From the NCBI GenBank assembly GCA_017475555.1, contig JAFVFL010000025.1:1-32000 (forward strand): a stretch of 32,000 bases of DNA, given 5' to 3'. Below, in pieces: positions 23,775 to 31,520 of the stretch. Both the position numbers and the translations under genes were made by a program. Numbering within the stretch: position 1 is the first letter of the stretch; the number at the start of each line of letters is the position of its first letter. This stretch comes from Ruminococcus sp. (GTDB lineage: Bacteria; Bacillota; Clostridia; Oscillospirales; Ruminococcaceae). The notes below the pieces were generated by a model. It ran no database searches. It was given only the letters and a program-made list of their open reading frames with translations, and was not told the DNA's origin.

Positions 23775-26405
23775 CTATTTGCCAAGCAGGTGATCGCTCA
23801 GACCTGTGAGGTCTTCCTCAGTGTATTCACCCGTATCCGCAGATATCCTCTGCCGCATAAGTGCGAGGTCGAACGTATCCCACACTCCGTCCTCATTCAC
23901 GTCCCAGTCAGGTATCTTAGCCGCCCTGTAGCCATACAGCGAAAGCTCATTCAGGTCGCCGCCGTCCTTGACTATCCTCAGGCAGTCAGTCGCCGCAGAA
24001 TCCTCCGTCAGTGTTACTGCCCGGTACATATATCCGCCGAGGTCACTGCTCCAGAGAAGCTTGTCAGTATGTGCATCATATACCGATATACCGCCCGTTC
24101 CGTAGGTATCATACACCGCAAAGCCGTTGAGGACAACAGGCTCGTCAAAGTACACATACCCGGTAATACCGGACTTGTTCACATTTGTCTCAGGCGTGCT
24201 CAGTCCTGATGTATCGCCGTATATCGGGTCAGGCATTGTGTCCGGCTCATCGAACATACGGTAGAACTGATTCAGCGTTCCGTCAGAGGGTGCTGCACCA
24301 CCGGGGGTACACGTTTCGCCCGACCTGTCATCAGTAAGTGCTATGAGGTCGGGGCGGAGCATATTGTTCCTGCCGTTGATGATAGTCTCCGGGGTATTGG
24401 TAAACGTGATGTAGACCGGCGTTTCTGTAACGTCTGTCGTAACGCTGCCGTCCTTTACCTCAAGCTCTGTCGTAACGCCCTCTGCACAGTCCTCCGAGGG
24501 TACTGTAAGGTAGGCATACTTATAGCTGCCGGTCGGGATCACATTGTAGTTTTTTATAACGTTATCACTGTTCGTTGCAGACCATACGCACCTTATCTCC
24601 TTACCGCCGTCTGCCTGCTCAGTGAATATCATCTCCGTGACCGCCGAGTCATTCCCGTTATGAACAGCAGCCAGATCCGCATTTTTCAGCACACTTGTCA
24701 TGCACGAAAGATAATACCACGCCTTCTTTTTCTTCCATTCACCCTTGCCTGTGACAAGTCCGGAATTGTAGTATACTCCCTCGCCCTCGTCACGCAGCTG
24801 GAACTTGGTTATCCTGTCCGCACCGGCTATCATAGAGGTGAGATATGTCCTTGCAACTCTCTGTGCGTATTTCAGCTGATAATTCTCATTGTCGTGATCG
24901 TCAGTACCCTCGATCTCACAGTCGCTCATGGGTATCTCAAATTCTGAGATCCACAGCTCCGTACCGGGGGCATTCTTCGCTATCCATTCTCTCAGCTCAG
25001 TAATTTTATTGAAAAGTCCGCTGTCCTCTACGCAGTAATCGTCAGGGCCAATGTGAACGTTGATGATATCCACGGCAAATACTCCGTCGCTCCGGTTGTA
25101 ATCGAACCACAGCTTCATCTCATCGAGATACTGTATCATGGTCGAATAGCCGACAAGTCCGCCCATCGCAAGCCTGAAATCCGGGTCAGCGGTGTGTACT
25201 CCGGCATTCGGGATAGTCCCCTCATGCCCGTCATAGTCGGCACTGCACATTGCTGCAAGCTCATACGGCGTGAAGTAATTAGCCTTGCCAGCCCAGCTCT
25301 TGTTCGGCTCATTGGAATTTTCAAGAGCGTCGATAAGCCCCATTCCGACCTTTTTCTCCTGAGCGTCAGTGATATTCAGCGTTGCCTCGTCAATATCGCT
25401 GTTGCTGCCGTAGCGTGCAGCCACCTGATACATCGCCTGTGCGTGTATCGCATAGCTTGCCGGGTCAAGGGTATCCGCACCGGACGGGACAGGTATCTCG
25501 ACAGACGTTGTACCGCCGGAGACCGCCGTGCTTCCGCCCTGAAAGCATGGTATAGCACTTATGCCCTGCTTCTTGAGGGAGGTATAATAAGCGTCCATAT
25601 CGCCCCATGTACCCTGAGTGAACCGCACCTTTCCGTCAGAATCCACAAGCCAGCTGAAATTGTGGTACTCTCTGACATTTCCAGCCGCCATGATCGCTGT
25701 TATCGGGTCGTCGATAAATGCGTTGAAGCCTGCCCTCTGACCGGCTGTGAGCGGTCTTTGGCTGCTCTTGGGCTTTGCAGCAGTTTTCGCCTTCTGAGTA
25801 TCTGTAAGCTCCGAAGCCTTGTAGCCGTATATGGCAAGCTCGCTCACGCCGCTGTCGCAGTAATCCGAGCTGAAATGCAGATACCTCGTCGGCTCAGGCG
25901 AATCGAACGTAACGCTCCTCCACCAGTTGTAGCTGTCCATATTCACATTTGCTATTTCGTTCCACGAGAACGGCTCTCCGTCGGATACAGTCCATGTCGG
26001 AGTGCCGTTGGTATCGAGAAAGGCTATGCCGGTAATGACGTAATTTGCCCCGAAATCCACGTAAAACGAAGCCGCACCGTACTCAGTCTGCTGATTCGGA
26101 GTCCAGTTAGCCTTTGATGTCTCACTCAGCACAGAGCTGTCTACCTTTGGATTTTCCGCCGAAGCGGGCACCTTGTCCTGCTCATCGAAAAGATAGCTCA
26201 CATCACGCAGGTATGTACCCGCACTGAGGTGTACGAAATTCTCATCGTACACAGTAAACTGTGACATATCCAGAAGCTCCGGAGTTTTGTCCGCAGCGTC
26301 AGCCGTGCTTATGCTCATTGACGGGAATGCAGCTCCGCCTGCAAGCACAGAAGCCGCAGTCAGTACAGCAGCTGTCCGGTTTATAAGCTTATAATAACGT
26401 CTCAT
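23775..26405 (-). CDS. secreted clan GH-A-like glycoside hydrolase with N- and C-terminal discoidin (F5/8 type C, CBM32-like) modules and a divergent C-terminal dockerin
   Basis: Signal peptide (AAVLTAASVLAGGAAFP...ADA). The central barrel has an NEP acid/base motif (ALENSNEPNKSW, Glu366) and a nucleophile-like ELWISEFE (Glu488). The dockerin loop is DVNEDGVWDTFDLALMRQRI. The GH family is not assignable by eye. Confidence 0.7.
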   Translation of the reverse strand: MRRYYKLINRTAAVLTAASVLAGGAAFPSMSISTADAADKTPELLDMSQFTVYDENFVHLSAGTYLRDVSYLFDEQDKVPASAENPKVDSSVLSETSKANWTPNQQTEYGAASFYVDFGANYVITGIAFLDTNGTPTWTVSDGEPFSWNEIANVNMDSYNWWRSVTFDSPEPTRYLHFSSDYCDSGVSELAIYGYKASELTDTQKAKTAAKPKSSQRPLTAGQRAGFNAFIDDPITAIMAAGNVREYHNFSWLVDSDGKVRFTQGTWGDMDAYYTSLKKQGISAIPCFQGGSTAVSGGTTSVEIPVPSGADTLDPASYAIHAQAMYQVAARYGSNSDIDEATLNITDAQEKKVGMGLIDALENSNEPNKSWAGKANYFTPYELAAMCSADYDGHEGTIPNAGVHTADPDFRLAMGGLVGYSTMIQYLDEMKLWFDYNRSDGVFAVDIINVHIGPDDYCVEDSGLFNKITELREWIAKNAPGTELWISEFEIPMSDCEIEGTDDHDNENYQLKYAQRVARTYLTSMIAGADRITKFQLRDEGEGVYYNSGLVTGKGEWKKKKAWYYLSCMTSVLKNADLAAVHNGNDSAVTEMIFTEQADGGKEIRCVWSATNSDNVIKNYNVIPTGSYKYAYLTVPSEDCAEGVTTELEVKDGSVTTDVTETPVYITFTNTPETIINGRNNMLRPDLIALTDDRSGETCTPGGAAPSDGTLNQFYRMFDEPDTMPDPIYGDTSGLSTPETNVNKSGITGYVYFDEPVVLNGFAVYDTYGTGGISVYDAHTDKLLWSSDLGGYMYRAVTLTEDSAATDCLRIVKDGGDLNELSLYGYRAAKIPDWDVNEDGVWDTFDLALMRQRISADTGEYTEEDLTGLSDHLLGK

Positions 26406-26419
26406 ATTATCAGTCCTTT

Positions 26420-27655
26420 TCAGTCGTACCGCTCATCTATGACACGGGCGGTCTTTTTCTCGCTTCTCGGCAGCACGCCTACCTCGACCACCTTGACTAT
26501 AGGAGTAAAGCCTATCCTGCTCTTGACCCTCTCAGCAATGCGGCGTGAAAGGTCGTCGAAGTCATAGTCACCGGTAGTCTCAACGTAGATACGCATTGTG
26601 TCCTTTCCGTCAAGGTGTGATATGCGTATCTGATATTCGCTTGAGATCTCCTCAAAGCTGCCGAGTATCTCCTCTATCTGACTTGGGAATACGTTTACTC
26701 CCTTTATCTTCATCATGTCGTCAGTCCTGCCCATGATGATATCTATTCTCGGATAGCACCTGCCGCAGCTGCACTTCTCCGGGATAATGCGTGAAAGGTC
26801 ATGCGTGCGGTATCTGATAAGCGGAGCACCCTCCTTGACAAGAGTAGTTATGACTATCTCACCTGTCTCGCCGTCCGGGACGTTCTCACCGGTCACAGGG
26901 TCGATTATTTCAAGGTAGAGATAATCGTCCCAGTAGTGCATACCTGTCTCATTCGGGCAGTTTATACCGATTCCCGGGCCATATATCTCCGTCAGCCCAT
27001 AGATATCATAAAGCTCTATCCCAAGCCCCTCAGCTATCTTCTCACGCATTTTCTGGCTCCAGCGTTCTGAGCCGATAACGCCCTTTTTCAGCTTTATCCT
27101 GTCACGGATACCTCTTTTTTCTATCTCCTCCGCAAGCAGGAGTGCATAGCTTGATGTGGAGCATATGACTGTGCTTTCCATATCCTGCATCATTTTGAGC
27201 TGCTTTTCGGTATTTCCCGGCCCCATAGGTATTACCATAGCACCGAGCTTCTCCGCACCGTTCTGAAAGCCTATGCCAGCCGTCCACAGCCCGTAGCCGG
27301 GAGTTATCTGTATCCTGTCCTTATTGGTTATCCCGGCAGTCTCATAGCAGCGTGCGAACATTATCGCCCAATCGTCAACGTCCTTTGCGGTATACGGGAT
27401 GATCACCGGCGTCCCGGTCGTCCCTGAGGACGAATGTATCCTCACTATCTCCTCCTCAGGTGCGGTCATAAGACCGAGAGGATAGGCGTCTCTCAGGTCG
27501 CTTTTTTCCGAAAAGGGAAGCTTTTTGAAATCCTCAGGCGAGTGTATCTCCGTTATCCCTGCCGCCTCAAGCTTTTTTCCGTAGAAGCTCCCTGCACTGA
27601 CAAGAGCCTTTATCCGGTCATTTACCTGCTCGATCTGCTTTTCTGTTATCTGCAT
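26420..27655 (-). CDS. phenylacetate--CoA ligase family adenylate-forming enzyme (PaaK-like)
   Basis: The AMP-binding motif SSGTTGTPVIIPYT, YGLTE and the C-terminal domain pattern are present. It is 411 aa, typical of the PaaK/F390-synthetase-like family. Confidence 0.9.
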   Translation of the reverse strand: MQITEKQIEQVNDRIKALVSAGSFYGKKLEAAGITEIHSPEDFKKLPFSEKSDLRDAYPLGLMTAPEEEIVRIHSSSGTTGTPVIIPYTAKDVDDWAIMFARCYETAGITNKDRIQITPGYGLWTAGIGFQNGAEKLGAMVIPMGPGNTEKQLKMMQDMESTVICSTSSYALLLAEEIEKRGIRDRIKLKKGVIGSERWSQKMREKIAEGLGIELYDIYGLTEIYGPGIGINCPNETGMHYWDDYLYLEIIDPVTGENVPDGETGEIVITTLVKEGAPLIRYRTHDLSRIIPEKCSCGRCYPRIDIIMGRTDDMMKIKGVNVFPSQIEEILGSFEEISSEYQIRISHLDGKDTMRIYVETTGDYDFDDLSRRIAERVKSRIGFTPIVKVVEVGVLPRSEKKTARVIDERYD

Positions 27656-27668
27656 ACTATCATTTCCT

Positions 27669-27893
27669 TTATCTAAGTTCTTTCAGAGTCTCCAGAAGCT
27701 GTATATCTTCCGGAGTGACCCGCATATTCGTAATTATCTCCCTGCCCTCAGAGGTGGTCAGCTTTATCTCCACAACGCTGCCCTCGTCAGCCGTTTTCAC
27801 CGCTGCCCTCATGAACTCTATCACCTTCGGATGATTGCTCCTGAAGCTCTGTATCAGCGGTCTCAGCTTCAGAAGGTCTGCCGGGTTTATCAT
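27669..27893 (-). CDS. hypothetical 74-aa protein
   Basis: ATG 27893 is preceded by AAGAGGTGA with 7-nt spacing. The sequence is well-mixed and non-repetitive. It ends 13 nt upstream of the PaaK-like gene. Its first 107 nt overlap the tail of the upstream ORF. Confidence 0.55.
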   Translation of the reverse strand: MINPADLLKLRPLIQSFRSNHPKVIEFMRAAVKTADEGSVVEIKLTTSEGREIITNMRVTPEDIQLLETLKELR

Positions 27894-28446
27894 CGCTCTT
27901 CACCTCTTTTTTCTCCGGAGCGGTATACTCCGTTTTTTTCAGTCTCATCAGCACCAGCTGAGCACATATCCCGGTAAACGCACCCGCTATAGTACCGGAA
28001 ATTATCAGATACGGGTAATACGCCAGCACAGCCGGAGTTCTCATCAGCAGCACAGCCATGCCTATCTGCCCGGTATTGTGCAGCACCGCACCGAGGATAC
28101 TGCAAAGCCACAGGTACCTAATGGGTATGACACGCCTCAGCAGGAGCATTCCACCAAGGCACAGCATTGCCCCGGCAAGGCTGTATAGTATCACGGAGAA
28201 ATTAGCACTGAATACCGAGCCGAGTATAACTCTCGTCAGTATTATCAGCAATACCTCCTTTCCGCTGTACCTGTAGACTGCGTATACTGTTATTATGTTC
28301 GCAAGTCCGAGCTTTACGCCGGGTATCGCCGAAAGATTCGGCAGTCTCAGCTCCACGATGAATATTATCAGTGCCGCTGCCGTCAGCAGGGCAAGCTCAG
28401 TAAGCCGTTTAGCCTTCATCCGCCGCCTCCGTATCTCCGTCATCAA
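27787..28446 (-). CDS. Gx transporter family membrane protein (heptaprenyl diphosphate synthase component I-like fold)
   Basis: LTELALLTAAALIIFIVELRLPNLSAIPGVKLGLANIITV is the typical family N-terminus. There are 5 TM helices. The likely start is ATG 28419 (MKAKRLTEL). It has an unusual 49-aa hydrophilic C-terminal tail. Confidence 0.8.
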   Translation of the reverse strand: MMTEIRRRRMKAKRLTELALLTAAALIIFIVELRLPNLSAIPGVKLGLANIITVYAVYRYSGKEVLLIILTRVILGSVFSANFSVILYSLAGAMLCLGGMLLLRRVIPIRYLWLCSILGAVLHNTGQIGMAVLLMRTPAVLAYYPYLIISGTIAGAFTGICAQLVLMRLKKTEYTAPEKKEVKSDDKPGRPSEAETADTELQEQSSEGDRVHEGSGENG

Positions 28447-28819
28447 AGCGTATCACGAGCTTATGCGGCAGGCAGACTATCGGCACGCTCTCCGACCGCA
28501 GCACACCGGTGTGGACGCAGGTCAGATCCGGGCAGTCAGCGTCCGATATACATATAGTCCCGTTATCTATAGTGACCTCGTTCCAGCTGCCGTCCTCCGC
28601 CGTTATCCTGAACGTCCTGTCCGGCTCATTTGCAAGGTCGAGGGAGTATATCACCCCATTTTCCCGGATTATGACCACCCTGCTGCTCTCTGCCGGTCTG
28701 TGCATGAGGATCACCGCAATGACTGCACTGACGAACAGCACCGCCGCAAATATCATACATATCCTTACAGCCGGAGTGATACCGCCGTCTTTTGCAGCAT
28801 TTCTCTCCGTCTCACCCAC
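28409..28819 (-). CDS. NusG domain II-containing membrane-anchored protein
   Basis: An N-terminal TM anchor is followed by NEVTIDNGTICISDADCPDLTCVHTGVLRSESVPIVCLPHKLVIRF, the CxxxxC...C pattern typical of NusG_II proteins that sit next to ApbE genes. The GTG start at 28819 overlaps the ApbE stop (GTGGGTGA). The start is uncertain. Confidence 0.75.
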   Translation of the reverse strand: MGETERNAAKDGGITPAVRICMIFAAVLFVSAVIAVILMHRPAESSRVVIIRENGVIYSLDLANEPDRTFRITAEDGSWNEVTIDNGTICISDADCPDLTCVHTGVLRSESVPIVCLPHKLVIRFDDGDTEAADEG

Positions 28820-29870
28820 GCTCTATCACCTCCGCAGGCATAGTCCCGGCACTTGTAAAGCCGTCCTCAAGCCCCTCGGTATAGAGTATCCTGCCGTCAT
28901 CGGTAACGAGTATCATCTCGAAATCAAGCTCCGGGTCGTCAATGCTGCTTTTCCAGAATTCCGCAGCCCTGTCCTCTCCGGCAACGAACATTGCCGTGGA
29001 CAGAGCGTCGCACATAAGTCCGCTTTTCCCGACGATAGTTGCCGAAACTACGCCGTTATCCGCCGGATATCCGTCTGCCGGGTCGATGATGTGCCAGTAT
29101 GTGTTCCCGTCCCCGCCGACAAAATAGCGTTCGTAATTGCCGGAGGTTATCACTGCACAGTCCTCTATCTCAAGCACACACATATCCGAATCCGGGTAAA
29201 ACGGGTCACGCACGGCGACCCGCCACGGTGAGCCGTCCGGCTTTGAGCCGAGTGCCTGAACGTTGCCGCCGAGACTGATTATCGCCGAATCCACGCCGTT
29301 TTCACGCATTGTTTCCATTACAGCATCGCTGGTATACCCCTTTGCGACAGAGCCTAAGTCCACCATGAAATCCTCCGGTATCGCAGCACTCACGCCGTCA
29401 GCGTCCACACGGGAATAGTCCACATTTTTCAGCAGCTCCGAAAGCTCGTCCCCGCCCGGAATGCGGTATTCCTGAGTTGTGAAGCCCCACGCACGCAGCA
29501 CCGGATAGAGCGTGATATCGAGCATTCCGCCGGTCAGCTCGCCGTATCTGACCGCCGCAGAGAGCACCCTTGCTGTGTCCTCAGATACCTGAACTCTTTC
29601 CCCAGCCGAGCTGTTGAGCCTGTAGATATCGCTGTTTTCGTCAGTTACCGAAAGCTCCGCCTCAAGCTCAAGGATACGCTCCTGTGCAGCTGACAATGCA
29701 CCCCCGGCATTTTCACCGTATGCCTTGAGGTTCATGTAGGTATCCATTGCAAAAACGTCCCTGCTCTCCGATTCCATGCTGTCAGTATGCGACACGCTCC
29801 CACTGTCTGCGGAGCAGCTGCACAGCAGACCCAAAGTCAGCAGCACAGCGGCGGTACTTCCCTTTTTCAT
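28812..29870 (-). CDS. apbE: FAD:protein FMN transferase (ApbE family) lipoprotein
   Basis: Lipobox LLTLGLLCS-C-SA. ApbE motifs are present: FAMDTYMNL, DLGSVAKGY, ISLGGN and HIIDPADGYP. Confidence 0.9.
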   Translation of the reverse strand: MKKGSTAAVLLTLGLLCSCSADSGSVSHTDSMESESRDVFAMDTYMNLKAYGENAGGALSAAQERILELEAELSVTDENSDIYRLNSSAGERVQVSEDTARVLSAAVRYGELTGGMLDITLYPVLRAWGFTTQEYRIPGGDELSELLKNVDYSRVDADGVSAAIPEDFMVDLGSVAKGYTSDAVMETMRENGVDSAIISLGGNVQALGSKPDGSPWRVAVRDPFYPDSDMCVLEIEDCAVITSGNYERYFVGGDGNTYWHIIDPADGYPADNGVVSATIVGKSGLMCDALSTAMFVAGEDRAAEFWKSSIDDPELDFEMILVTDDGRILYTEGLEDGFTSAGTMPAEVIERG

Positions 29871-29893
29871 ATTTTATCCTTTCTCATGCAAAT

Positions 29894-29926
29894 AACGGGA
29901 CAGGTCAAATTCTACCCCGTCCCGTT
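29894..29926 (-). terminator. intra-cluster stem-loop (partial terminator or processing-site candidate)
   Basis: AACGGGAC (29894-29901) / GTCCCGTT (29919-29926), extended by 2 more pairs after a mismatch. It lies in the 99-nt gap between the FMN-binding fusion gene and apbE. Confidence 0.35.
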
Positions 29927-29969
29927 AATTATAGCATATTATTCCTTATTTTGCAATAGTGAGCGAGTA

Positions 29970-31439
29970 TTACTTTTTCGCACTGTTCACTGCGTCCTGC
30001 ACCGCTGCAATGATACCCTCGGACGAGAGCGTTGCACCGGACGCAGCGTCTACCTGTCCGATACCGCCTGAGATATCCATTCCTGCGTACCTGCCGGGGA
30101 TATTCTCCGCCAGGAAGTAATAATCCTCATCATCAACGCCCCAGTCGGTAACAGTAACATTCGTTATCACATCATTCTCGATCGTCACGCTCACAGTGAT
30201 ATATCCGTCCAGCTTGCCGTCATTTCCGGCAGGTGAATATCCTGAACCGGTGAATGTTCCGTTGTTGTAGATATACTGCGGCTCCGGCTCAGGCTCATTC
30301 TGCTGCGGCTCAGGCTCATTCTGCTGCTGCTCCGGCTCGTCCTGCGGAGTCTGCTGCTCCTCGCCGCTGCTTTCCTCCTCAGCCGGGGTAGTTTCGGTAT
30401 CGTCCTCCTCGCCGCTGTTTTCCTCGTCAGCCTCGCTGCTTGTCGTTGTCTCAGCAGTCTCGTCAGTGCCGGTCGTATCTGTAAGTGCAGTGGTCGTCGT
30501 GCCTGTATCAGTCTCGTCACCTTCCTCTGCAAGCGTTGTCGCCGCAGTAGTCACAGCTTCAGAGGTCTTTTCCTCAGCAGCAGTCGTTACCGCCTGCTCT
30601 GTAGTCTGCTCATTCTGCACAACAGGCTCTGTACGCTTAGGAGCTTTACCATACGAAAGTCCTGCGGTCATACCTATCGCAAATATCGCCGCACCTGCAC
30701 AGATGATATTGAGTATAGCCTTGCTCTCCGGCTTTTTCTTCTGTATGTACAGCTTCCTGAGCCGCATTACCGCATAGCCGATAAATACGCAGCTGTAGGC
30801 GATAATGCTTATCCAGCGTTCAGTATTGCCCTTCTGAGCCTGCGGAGCATAAAGCACAAGGATATGAATGAAGATAAGTGCGTAGAATACATAGGCACAC
30901 CGCTGCACATTCTTCCATGTCTTTCCGTTCATTTTCCTGCGTACTGCCTTGAACGACATTACCGTGAGCGGTATCATTATGATTAGCAGCACAGCACATA
31001 CAACACAGGTCATAATGAACTCAGCCGACGGAGCTGCTCCTCTGTCGCTGAAAGCAATGAGCCGCTTTATGTAGGTTATCCCGTAGGCCACGGCGTGCGA
31101 AAGGGTTATCACCGCTGCGAATATGGAAAGCTCACCTCTTACCGGCATGAGCTTTTTTATCGCCCATGAGCCGTTGGGGAGAGCACCAGCCCATGCTACG
31201 ATCGACCACAACGCTCCTGCGAACGCACCCTTTGAGAATATTCCTATGAGGTATTTTGAAACGAACTGGCTCTCGATAGTCAGTCTTTTGTCAGCCTGCA
31301 TTTGTGAAACGATGATGACCGCAGCTGTTACCGCTGCACCGGCAGCGTAGAACAGAGCCGGGTACTTTTTCAGCTGCTTTCCCAGCCCGAGTGCGATACA
31401 CAGCGATACCGCAAGTGCGATTATAAAAAGCATAAACAA
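29970..31439 (-). CDS. fusion protein: ferric-reductase/MsrQ-like transmembrane haem domain, Thr/Glu/Pro-rich linker and C-terminal FMN-binding domain
   Basis: Six hydrophobic spans carry conserved His residues (LSHAVAYG, FIHILVLY). There is a low-complexity linker of about 120 aa. The C-terminal FMN_bind-like domain ends in the flavinylation motif DAASGAT (Thr470, nt 30030-30032). Confidence 0.85.
   Translation of the reverse strand: MFMLFIIALAVSLCIALGLGKQLKKYPALFYAAGAAVTAAVIIVSQMQADKRLTIESQFVSKYLIGIFSKGAFAGALWSIVAWAGALPNGSWAIKKLMPVRGELSIFAAVITLSHAVAYGITYIKRLIAFSDRGAAPSAEFIMTCVVCAVLLIIMIPLTVMSFKAVRRKMNGKTWKNVQRCAYVFYALIFIHILVLYAPQAQKGNTERWISIIAYSCVFIGYAVMRLRKLYIQKKKPESKAILNIICAGAAIFAIGMTAGLSYGKAPKRTEPVVQNEQTTEQAVTTAAEEKTSEAVTTAATTLAEEGDETDTGTTTTALTDTTGTDETAETTTSSEADEENSGEEDDTETTPAEEESSGEEQQTPQDEPEQQQNEPEPQQNEPEPEPQYIYNNGTFTGSGYSPAGNDGKLDGYITVSVTIENDVITNVTVTDWGVDDEDYYFLAENIPGRYAGMDISGGIGQVDAASGATLSSEGIIAAVQDAVNSAKK
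30286..30327. repeat. perfect 2 x 21-bp tandem repeat inside the linker-coding region
   Basis: GGCTCAGGCTCATTCTGCTGC occurs at 30286-30306 and again at 30307-30327. On the minus strand it encodes the QQNEPEP repeat. Confidence 0.9.
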
Positions 31440-31454
31440 ACTCCTTCAACAACA

Positions 31455-31482
31455 GACCTCTGCGGTTAATGCCGCAGAGGTC
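31455..31482 (-). terminator. stem-loop terminator after the surface-protein gene
   Basis: GACCTCTGCGG (31455-31465) / CCGCAGAGGTC (31472-31482) form a perfect 11-bp stem with a 6-nt loop. It lies 39 nt past the stop at 31521. Confidence 0.7.
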
Positions 31483-31520
31483 CGTATACTTATCTGATGA
31501 ATCTATCTGTTGTCTGTAGA

